From assembly GCA_002633005.1 (NCBI GenBank), contig NMRA01000302.1, positions 401,848 to 465,847 on the forward strand: a DNA stretch of 64,000 nt, written 5' to 3'. This document shows positions 49,801 to 61,800 of this stretch, piece after piece. The position numbers and the translations under genes are program-made. The notes below the pieces were generated by a model, which was given only the letters and a program-made list of their open reading frames with translations, did not search any database and was not told the origin of the DNA. Position 1 is the stretch's first letter. Every line of letters starts with the position of its first letter. The DNA is from Phoronis australis. Lineage: Eukaryota > Animalia > Phoronida.

Positions 49801-52800
49801 TGGGATGCTGCGTCCATTTGACTTTGCTGGCAAAGTCACTGCGGGCAGAATCTCTGATTGGTTTTCTAGACTCGTAAGTTTCTTTACGTTCTAATGGCTG
49901 TTAAGCTAGTTGTTGTTACTCTAAAAATAAAAGGTGTTGAGTCAGTGATATATAAACTAAGTTTAGTTATATTTACCGGGAGTTGGACCAAAAGTATTAT
50001 AGACAAAGTCAGCTTTTCTACAACATTTGATTTGAATGAATGAGACCAGCTTTAAGAAAGCCAAGCATGACCAAATGAAACTAGGTTACAAAGAATAGAG
50101 TAATTTTAAATGTCACACTTGTTTAGATATTCTTGTGGATTAACCTTTGACCTCAGTCCTGTTTTTGTATTTGTCTTCCCCAAATACAGCGTGCTTGGTA
50201 TTTGTTGACTTCAATGGTTTCCACAATTCTGACATCTTTAAGTGCTGAATGAGTGACTTGCTCGAAGTAAAGGATTGAGATTACCAAATTCTAAATAAAA
50301 TTCATGTGTTGAGATGTGAAAATTCAAATTTGTTCTTTTTATCTCTTACATGCTGGCTTTATTTTACGATGTAAAGATTTTAAATGATTTTCTAATATGT
50401 TCAAAACAATGCGCTACATGTGTGTCAGTGGTCTTTGATCTCACTGAAAATCTTCGTGTAAAAGTTGGAAAAGTTTGATCTTTATTGCTATATTTTGTAC
50501 ATATTCAAAGAAACTAGCATTTAATTAATTCCAATAAAAAAACATTGCCCCTTAAAGTATTGACTGCCTTGCCAACAACACTGTCTCATTTCAGGCAGCG
50601 AGGCACAATGATGCCTTGATGAGCGCGTCTCTGTCAAGTCTGAGAATTGTTCCACCGAGGCACAACTTCACGCTTATTGGCTTCCCTGCCGACGGGGCCC
50701 GCATTCAAATGGAAACCATGCTACTAGAGGTCAGTACAGTCATTCAGGAAGATGAAGACATTGCATTAGTAGTGCATTCTGTTTTATTTTATATTTTTCT
50801 TAATATGAAGATGAATGATGTTTTGGTTTTGGGTTTTTGTATTTTTTACTTTTACATTCATTTTTACGTAATCCAAATTTTCGTTTATTGATTTCTAGAG
50901 TCAAGCTACAAACTTACATTACTTGTAGTTTATGCTTAATTCTGTCTTATCCAAGCATTTATTTTTATTTTTATTGTTTAGGTGCGAGACAGCTGGCGAG
51001 ACAGTGTGGATGCCATGTTAGTTCACCCACACTCTGAAGATGGCGTTGTGATCACCAACATGTTTTCTGTTACAACATGGCCGACAGTTATTGTGCTGGA
51101 CTCTAATGGTAGGAAACAGCATATAATTACTGACTGTTTTATGTGGAAACATTCAGATTTCATTTCAATCGAATTTTTTAAATTTTGCTCAAAAAGTACT
51201 GTCAAAATTACCATTTTTGGATTTTCAATATTTATTCATCACTCTGAATGCCCAAATTTTCACATCTTTTTCACTGTTAGATTTTTCAATCATTGAGGAT
51301 TCAGAAAATGTGTAGTTTTAGGAGGTATAATTGATGAAGTCTAAAATGACGGATTTTGATAATGCACCAAAAAGTTGTTTTTGTTGGAACTTTGCCATTG
51401 CTAATTTTGCCACATATAGAACTTGTGCTCATGTGTCATAATGATTGTAACATGCAAGATTAATTTTTAAATAGATTCTAAAGCTTAATCTTTGTAATTT
51501 CAGGAGAAGTTGAATCTCGTTTCGAAGATGATGTCACCAGAGACACTCTTGATGTATACCTGTATGTCAAGAGAATACCAGCTCTTCACCTAACGGAGGT
51601 ACAAATGTCGGCACAATATCATTTGATGAGTTTTGTCTAAATATTTTAGTGGTGCAAGTCAAAATTTTCAATGGGTTTTTAAAGTAAAGTTACTTGCTAT
51701 TAATTATATCCATCTTCATTTTCGTGACTTTTGTGAACTTTACTTTTATTTTTGTTTCAAATCAAAAAATATTCAGATAGATCCCTGCATTTCAACGGTG
51801 CTCAAGTTTTTATTCCGTTTTCATATTAACATAGCATTTAAAAAATATTCTAGTATAATTGTTTAATGGTTCCTGCAGTTTCATGTTTTAACACAAAAAG
51901 AGCTTTTATTTGTTGTTTGTTTTTCATCTCCAGGAAAACTTTGAAGAGGAAATCCTGCGGTATCATCGCCAATTTGTCCCCAGCCTCGTCTGTTTCTATG
52001 CGGACTACGCTCCTAATGTTATGCAGTATTTGTATGCTTTTGAACGTGCGGTGTTAGATTTCTCAGAGGCTGGCTTCAACATCAAGTTTGGCTTGGTGGA
52101 CTTGAAAACTCAGGAATCTGGTTAGTTTACCTATCATATTTGTGTCTAGTGTTTTTGTCTGTTGTGTTTTGTCAGTTGTGCGTTTTGACATCCATGTACA
52201 CATTTTAGAAGGCTGTTTGTGAGCTTTTGTATATCTATTGACTGAATTCTTGTGATTCACGCATGCAGTTCAACATTACCTTGGTTTGAATGGCGATCAC
52301 TGTGTGTTGTTTTTGAACACATTTTTGTCATCTGTGTTATTGACAAAATTAGACAAGGTAACTACTAACATCAGAATTCAATTTAACCACTAACAAATTA
52401 ACGTAAATCAACTAAATCGAAATATAGATGACAAAAACGTTGATTTTTACAATTTTTGTAAAAACTGGAAATTGTGCTGATTTAGTACATCGAGCAGCTG
52501 TTTCACTGTGGGCCTATATACAAGAGCGTGTGTCTTTCACAGTGTATGATAGGACTCTGAGAAAGCTAGAATCCTCAAAAGCTAGTGAAGTGTTTGATGC
52601 CACTTGCTTATTAGATATTTAGTAAATGAAGAAATCATGAAAGTTAAATATGTTAATCTTACTTTCAAATTAATTTTGAAATTTTGGAATATCACGTGAA
52701 TTGAAGGAGACATGGTTCATGTCTTTTCAGTGTTATACCAGTCACTTAAAGGGGAGGTACAACACCATGTCGAGTCGTATCCGTTCACCGTGCTCTTTCA

Positions 52801-55800
52801 CCCGGTCAAGAAAGATAACCACAGTAAGTGCTGTCTTGTTTTTCAAGACGAAATGCTCCTTCGAGTAAAGGTTAGCTAAATACAATGGAGTTAATTCTTG
52901 AAAAGTTCTATTTTTGTGCCGCACATATTGTTGAATAGTTCTGTTTTGGTGCAATGTTATGTCAAGTGTTGTCCATGTAACCTGACACTTTTCTTATTTG
53001 TCTGTCCCCTCAGTAAACATCAGGCAGACCCTCTTCCCAGGAGGTCATCCCACTCCCGGCGAGTTGCACCCATTCTTGAAGTACCATCAACTGGTAGTGG
53101 ACTCTCTGAAGCGCAAACTCACCTACCAGCCATGGGGAGTGTCACCTGTAAATGAGGTCAGTTTGATTATTTGGTTATTAATTTTGTCATTACTGATTAT
53201 ATTTCAATGCAAATAACAACTGTGGTAAGTAGGTCATTACAAATACTATGGTAAGTAGGTCAAGTTCTATGGTAAGTAGGTCAAGTCAAAATGATTAAAC
53301 TGAAATAAGTCGAGCTAGCGGAGACGTTTCACACACGATGCACTCAGTGAACTCCAGTTACGGTTGTTTGAATATTCATTGTGATGGAAAGTTTATGGTG
53401 TTGATTATTCAGTGGTTTAATAACAGCTTGTGGCTTCTTACTGGCTGCAGTGGCAAGATATGCCACTAAGTACAATCTCATTTGGAATGACGAAGTTGTA
53501 CGCTTTGGTCGTTTTTTGCAAAAAAGCCCTTTTCTAGGTTCCCCATTTCATTCAAACCTTGACAACCTATGCTTAGGTATAGTTTTGGACAAAATTACTG
53601 ATAGTAAGGTCAAATTTTTGAAATTAATAAAAAGTTTGGTTGAGTCGTATTTTGTTGGACAATCAAGGAGGGGCACCAATGTCAGAAAAGATCAAAGCCT
53701 GTGTGATTTTGTTGGTATTTTTAAAAAAATTGTGACGAGTACATATTTCAGAATCCTATGACACATCATCTAAAATTCCATCCCACCAATGTCTCAGCAG
53801 CTGTTACCAAGGTTGGTGTCGTCTGCCACTTTTATGCAAGAAATGAATTGCAAAACTATGTAATATGAGCACTTGCCTAAAACACAATTTCAAATCATAC
53901 ATACCTTTTGTATACTGTTTTGCAGATTACATCAGTTAGAGAGGGGCCTTTTGGCACTTCTTGCACCCCATTCAGCCACAATCTGACCGACAACAATCCC
54001 AGACCTCCCCCTACATTCAAAAGAAGGAAAAAGAAACCCAAGGTGGCAAAGAAAAAGAAGAATGTCCACAGCGTATGTAGATGTTTTCCACTTTTTGTTT
54101 AAATTTTGTTTATTCAAGATTTGGTAATGCAGCATGTGAAGTGCAGAATGATGTAAACTCTTGAAAACATATCAAACTATTTTCATTTAATTCACCAGGT
54201 TTTCAGTTGTTTTGCGAAATTTTTCACTGAAATGTCTAATGCTGATTTGATGTGTGATTCATATTACATAGTCACATTAACGCAATTCTGGATCCGATGA
54301 AAATAATGAAAATTAATATCTGTCCATTTTGATATCATTTTCAATGTCACCATGTAGATTTCGTTAATCATCAACGAGGTTGATAAAGAGGTTACATAGA
54401 ATATTAAAAGAGAGTAGATGAAATCAATTTTTTATTTCTTTTAGTCAATTCATATGGGTCTGAAATCAAAACATTGTTTTCATTAAATTTGTTGTTGATG
54501 ATGATGTCTTTTTTCACAAAATAGTTCAACCTTATCGATCGACGTTTGCCCAAACTTGGCACTGTGCCAGTTGTCAGTGAGACCACGTGGTCTGAAGTTA
54601 TTGAGAAATCTCACGCTCCAGATGTTGATCCTCTGTCTCTTCACAAAGAATGGAAAGGGGAGATAACTAAAGTTGCTCTGGTAAATATATGGACTTGATT
54701 TGAAGGGGAGATAACTAAAGTTGCTCTGGTAAATATATGGACTTGATTTGAAGTACAAGAAGATTACTGCCTAATACAAAGCATAATTTTTCACATATAT
54801 TATTTAGCTCACAATATGGCGGATTAGTGAAATTCTGTAGATATGTTAAATTTGACCTAAAAAGGGAAATAGTAAGAACATTTTAGATGTCATGAAACAA
54901 CATGAGCAGGAATTCCCATTGTTTACAAAAGTATAAACAAACTTTGAAAAATGGAAAATGACCATTTTGGTAATTATTTTTTGCAAAGCGAGTGGAGAAT
55001 TGTCTTGCATTTATTTATCAGTTTTGTTAATTAGTAATTACACGATAACACGCTGAGGTTCAGTTAAATTTCATAATGTAGTTATAAGCATGTGCAAAAG
55101 CTCGTCTACGTTTTTGTTATTTCTTTCTCTTTGTCGCTGTTTTTGAGTTCTGTGACAAATGACCACTTGACACTGATCGTCTTGTCTGTTTGCATTGTCA
55201 CAGTTAATGTCTAAATAGGGCTTTATACCATGAGAGCAACTGATAAGGCTCATTTCATCACTTTCTGATAATGATGTGCAAGATTTACTTACAAGAAAGC
55301 ATGTTGTTGAGAACAGCAGAGGTTGTCGCCTTCTCTCTAAGTGTTTTGTTCACTGACTATTTCCCCGTCAGGTTGACCTCAATTTACATCCTAGTCTATT
55401 TGATGTACCGAATCCAGCCAGTGAACAAGACCCTGAGAGACGGTGGATATCTATTGCTTTCCTAACAACCTACCTTGCGTATAAAATGACGGCCTTTCAG
55501 ATTAATTTGTAACCTTTGGGCAATTTTAATTTTAATTTGTTGCTACTGTTTGTTTCTGTTTTGTTTACCCAAATTGTGGAGGTGACATAACATTGTTGTA
55601 CCACAGGCTACAAATTAATTTATTTGAAGGTACATTGTGATAACGTGTTTTTCTCTTAAGCGATCCTTATATGTATCATATAAAATAGTGCTGATGCTGC
55701 AATGCCTGCATCGCATCAGATGGGTGTAGGCCACATAACTCAGGTCCATTGCATCAGGTGTTTGTAGGCCACATAACTCAGGTCCATTGCATCAGGTGGT

Positions 55801-58800
55801 TGCAGGCCACATAACTCAGGTCCTCTGCATCAGGTGGTTGTAGGCCACATAACTCAGGTCTATTGTATCAGGTGGTTGTAGGCCACATAACTCAGGTCCA
55901 TTGCTCAGAACACTTGATTAATACTCATGAAAAACTAACATGCACTCAGACTCTTCTAGAGAGATTGTTGTAGTCTGTAGACATGTAGGCCTCATTATTT
56001 TGTATATTTAATGTCTGCACTATAGTAGTCCATAGACATGTTGCTATATATAGTAAATGTCTGTACTTTTTATCCAGGTTATATTTGTTATCTCTGACTG
56101 CGGTAGCTGCAGAAGAAACCAGCCAGTATTTGAAGAGCTTTACTCAGCCGTGCAGTTCATCAGTAAGTACTCCGCTGGAAAGCTGTCAGTGAAAATTAGA
56201 ATAATTACTGTAACATGCTTTTACTTGTTGGCTAGTAAAGCCATAAATGTAAGTTAATCTACTAGAAATTGGTAAATGAGTGCTAAAACCAGAACATCTT
56301 GTGGTAACACTGTTGGTCTATTGTATCACCTCTGTCAGTCCATGATATTGCAATTTATTTCAGCCAGAGTTTTAGTGCTTTAGACTCATTGCTTATGCGG
56401 CAATTGCTCGGTTTCACACANTTAGTCAATTCATATGGGTCTGAAATCAAAACATTGTTTTCATTAAATTTGTTGCTTGATGATGTTGTCTTTTTTCACA
56501 AAATAGTTCAACCTTATCGATCGACGTTTGCCCAAACTTGGCACTGTGCCAGTTGTCAGTGAGACCACGTGGTCTGAAGTTATTGAGAAATCTCACGCTC
56601 CAGTGGTTGATCCTCTGTCTCTTCACAAAGAATGGAAAGGGGAGATCACTAAAGTTGCTCTGGTAAATATATGGACTTGGTTTGAAGTACAAGAAGATTA
56701 CTTTCTAATACAAAGCATAATTTTTCACATATTTAGCTCACAATATGGCCGATGAGTGAAATTCTGTTATGTTAAATTTGACCTAAAAAGGGGAATAGTA
56801 AGAACATTTTAGATGTCATGAAACAACATGGGCAGGAATTCCCATTGTTTACAAAAGGATAAACAAACTTTGAAAAATGGAAAATGACCATTTTGGTAAT
56901 TATTTTTTGCAAAGCGAGTGTAGAATTGTCTTGTATTTATTTGTCAGTTTTGTTATCAGTAATTACACAATAACGCGCTGAGGTTCAGTTGAATGTCAGA
57001 ACGTAGTTATAAGCATTGTGCAAAAGCTCGTCTTAAGTTTTTGTTATTTCTTTCTCTTTGTGGCTGTTTTTGAGTTGTGACAAATGACCACTTGACACTG
57101 ATCGTCTTGTCTGTTTGCATTGTCACAGTTAATGTCTAGGGCTTTGTACCATGAGAGCAACTGATAAGGCTCATTTCATCACTTTCTGATAATGATGTGC
57201 AAGGTTTACTTACAAGGAAGCATGTTGTTGTGAACAGCAGAGGTTGTCGCCCTCTCTCTAAGAGTTTTGTTCACTGACTATTTCCCTGTCAGGTTGACCT
57301 CAATTTACGTCCTGGTGTACCTGATTCACCAAATCCAGCCAGTGAACAAGACCCCGAGAGAGAGGGTGGATATCTATGGCTTTCCTAACAACCTACCTGG
57401 CGTATAAAATGACTGCCTTTCAGATTAATTTGTAACCTTTGAGCAATTTTAATTTTAATTTGTTGCTACTGTTTGTTCCTGTTTGATTTACCCAAACTGT
57501 GGAGGTGACTAGAAATAACATTGTTGTACCACAGACTACAAATTAATTTATTTGAAGCTACATTGTAATGTGTTTTTCTCTAAAGCGATCCTTATATGTA
57601 TCATATAAAATAGTGTTGATGCTGCGATGCCTGCTTTGCATCAGGTGGGTGTAGGCCACATAACTCAGGTCCATTGCATCAGGTGGGTGTAGGCCACATA
57701 ACTCAGGTCCATTGCATCAGGTGGGTGTAGGCCACATAACTCAGGTCCATTGCTCAGAACACTTGATTAATACTCATGAAAAACTAACATGCACTCAGAC
57801 TCTTCTAGAGAGATTGTTGTAGTCTGTAGACATGTAGGCCTCATTATTTTGTATATTTAATGTCTGTACTATAGTAGTCCATAGACATGTTACTATATAC
57901 AGTAAATGTCTGTACTTTTTATCCAGGTTATATTTGTAATCTCTGACTGCAGTAGCTGCAGAAGGAACCAGCCAGTATTTGAAGAGCTTTACTCAGCCGT
58001 GCAGTTCATCAGTAAGTACTCCGCTGGAAAGCTGTCAGTGAAAATTAGAATAATTACTGTAACATGCTTTTACTTGTTGGCTAGTAAAGCCATAAATGTA
58101 AGTTAATCTACTGGAAATTGGTAAATGAGTGCTAAAACCAGAACATCTTGTGGTAACACTGTTGGTCTATTGTATCACCTCTGTCAGTCCATGATATTGC
58201 AATTTATTTCAGCCAGAGTTTTAGTGCTTTAGACTCATTGCTTATGCGGCAATTGCGCGGTTTCACACATAAGAAACTTTAGTTAGATCAGTGTACGTGA
58301 TATCAAGAGTTGACAATACTTGTGGTTTTTGGACAAATCTATTGAGTTTCTAATGAGTTCTGGGGCAAGATTTTTAGCCGTGCTCCCTAGCTCAAAATCA
58401 TCAGTGCAGCCAAAAAAGTAATGCAGTGTTCCAAGTCATGTGTTATGTACGCTGCATAACACGCAGATGTGGTTTTGACTAAAAAAGGCTTAAAAGAAAG
58501 TAACTTTGCTACCTAAATGCCTAGTAGCCAAGATCTTCTGTATGGTCTGAACCAGTAACGGTGCTTAATCGACACAATTATCTGCAAGTAAAAGTACCTT
58601 AATCTTTCCTTTCAGAGGGTGGTGCAGCCTACATGGTCAACTGTACCTCTGATCCTCGCCTGTGTAAAGAGAACGACGTGACTGGTTTCCCTACGCTCAG
58701 TGCCTTCAGAGGTGTCGGCTGGCTAGAGAGCGACAATTGCATCTCTAAGGAAACGATACAGGCTGTGAGATACGTGCGCTTGGACTATCACGGGGTTATA

Positions 58801-61800
58801 TTGGTGAGTCAAGCTCACGAGGAAGGAATTTTCTTTTTTCCCGTATTTACAATGTCTACCAGCATTGGTTTTAGGCTTTACCAAAATGTCTCACATTAAG
58901 GTTGCTCAGGATCCTCGAAAAATTCAAAATTTGTACAACTTTGGAACACCATAATTCAGATATTGTCTTTCTTTTTTCTGAAAATAGATTCTTTTATGGA
59001 GTTACTTTCTACAAATTTAAAGATATTTGTCTAAATGCACACCTTTTTCAATAAAATCCTACCTAATGTCAGATAGTGTCGCTTGTATAATTGTGCGGAT
59101 GAGTGATGTCACAATACAACAATTCTACGCATAAATTAGAACAAATTGTTGTCACAGTTACTAATAGTGTTGAGTGTACTTTTAATTAAAAGACGAATGT
59201 AAACCAATGCTTGAAATGACCCTGCTTTATTTCAGACCAACCCGATCATGGAATGGTTTTCAAAGGTTTCCAGCTCAGCTGTTGTAGACTTGGGACAGGA
59301 AGAGTTGTACCACTTCTCCATGGTAAAATTGCAGCGTGTTTTTTGTTGTAGGGCGAACTATTGGTTCTCTCGGTTTGCCAACTTTGCCATTACGTCTGCT
59401 TCTAAAGCGATAGAGATTAAGTTTTAGCTCTTTCCAAAATAAACTGTGAGCTGTGTTGACTGTGTGATGCTAGTGTCAACAATTTATTTTTGAGGACAGC
59501 TGTCAAGCTTTAGAAATGCACCTTGTTCACTGTTCAGAAGATGAATTTTCAAAGTGAAACAATATTCAAGGTCTTTGGTTCAGTGAAAATCAAATAAACG
59601 TAAACAAATCTGTTGTTATTGTGATAATCATTTGTTTATTATCATGTTGCATCAGTCAGATTTTACTGTCTGAAGCTGATGGCGCTAGTTGTGTAAGCTT
59701 AGTTGTTTTTTAGTCTAGTGGCAAAATCTCATTTCGACCAATCACAGTCCACTCACAACTTACAGGTCTTTGAAGAGGAAAGTATCTGATTTGCTGCATT
59801 TTTTGCCTTAATTTGTATTTCCCTGGTATGTAACTATTTACTATTCATTCAACAAGTGATGTAAAGTGCCAAGCAAAATGCCCACACATTGGTTCTGCAC
59901 TCATGCCACTGAGCAAACACAATGTCCGACTCACTGTTGAATGCAGTTTGTGCCGGTTGTTCGTGTTTGCTGAATGGCTGTGAACGCAGACTGACCAAGA
60001 TGCGAGCATTTTGGTGGGCCATACACTCTTTCTATTATTGCATAGGTGGTAAGTCCACACCAGGGCAACAGTAGCTTTGCAGAAAATTTTCTCTCCAAGA
60101 TCACAGGGATCTTTATTTTTAATTAAGGAAACATAAAAAATGGTTACTTTTCCCTTTAATTAGCTATCGTTCCTTGTAACTAAAAAGATTCTTGAATCAT
60201 GAATCTAATATGAAATGTGGAAATAACTAACTGTATACTTATCCTTTTGTCCTGTAGTTTACATCCGTGATATGGTCAAGGATGAGCACAGTCTAGTCTT
60301 TCTCATTTCTGGTCTGCAGGCTGAAGATGTTTACCTACTAGGTCAGCTGACCCCAAAGTCATCCAATTATCTTCCCCGAATGTCATCGAGCATTGGAACC
60401 AAGTATTTTTACCCTTACGAGTGTTTCCGATTGGTCTGTGAGCGCTTATTCGGTCAAGCGGGATGTTATACTCAGTACAGTGCCGACATCCCAGTGTCAG
60501 AGTTTGACGACCCTGAAGTAGAGATGATTGTCTCTAAGGTATTGAAGTATGGCTTCTTTCTTAATGTGAGAAAGTTAGTATGTAGTGGATGTAGGCTTTG
60601 ATGGTATCGATGAAAAGGTCATCTACAGTATGCAGTGATCCTGGTTGGAGGATTGTATTAGTAGACTGTATGTGGTTTGTTTTTCTTGAGAGTTGGACAT
60701 ATTACGTGGAAATGTTTGCGATGAAAATTGCGTACCCAAAATAGCTTTATGACGCAGTTGAATGTTTTCTCTTGGAATATGGGAGAGAAGACAGTTAGCG
60801 CTGTAAAACCAGTTTAGTCCGGTCGCAATGGGTTTGTATCTAAACACCACGCTCCCTGGTGGAACACGGAGAGATATCCCAGACCACATCACAGTGAGTT
60901 TGTATCCAAAAACTATGCCCCCTGGTGGAGTATGGTGAGACATTCCAAACCTCTTTGTTAACTATCAACTTTCAACTTTAGAGATCAGAAATGTTACACA
61001 TTACAGCTTACTAATGTGAGCTGAATTTTGGGCACCATTCAATGAGAATGTTATTTTATCAAGTCTGCAAATTTTCCAGTTGTGTAATTGGTTTGCCATT
61101 TTTTACTTTTTCCCGGAGCTCTGTTTTTAAGCACTTTTAAGCTCCTGTTGTTTTACGGTTGCAGATTGAGCTGTTCAGAAAGGACGGTCTTGAGGTGACC
61201 CTTGCCAAGCTGGGTAACACTTTGATTGACACTTTGGAGGATGAATCAAATTCTGGCATTCATAGGCTACACAAGCCTCACAGGTAATTCACCGCATTTG
61301 CATTGAGTGGCACTGTTAAATATTGAAAAACAAAAACCCCTTCCCTTTTTGTTTGTTTGGTTTGTTACAGTAAAAAGAACAATTATATCGACATGTGCAA
61401 TTTTAATGGTAAGAGTGTATCCTCACAGATAAGCCGTCACAAAATTGCAGGATTTCTATTATTTTTGTGGTCGCCTCATCGGCAGTGAAAGCTTTCTCCA
61501 AAATATTGTAAGGCAGCAACTATTTTTGAACCATCCTTCATATTGGCTCTACAGTTTTGATAAAATCTGAAACATGTAAGTTTTGACCCGATGCCTTTCA
61601 ACTTTGTCAAATTAGGCGTAGTGGTCCATATTTCACATGTTAGGAGATTAAAGGACTACAGATTCAGTTTGGAGCCAAAAATCTTACCTGCTGTTGAGTT
61701 AAGTGTGCACTATTTTCATCGTATCACATGGTTTGCTTCTGTTACAGTGAACACCTAGTTCCAAAAAAAGTTGGCATTTTGTGCCCCAAAGCATATCATT

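Noticed and set aside
58590-58615. U12-like branch CCTTAAT before exon 58616
   Set aside because: The upstream donor is canonical GTAAGT and a pyrimidine tract is present, so it is an ordinary U2 intron.
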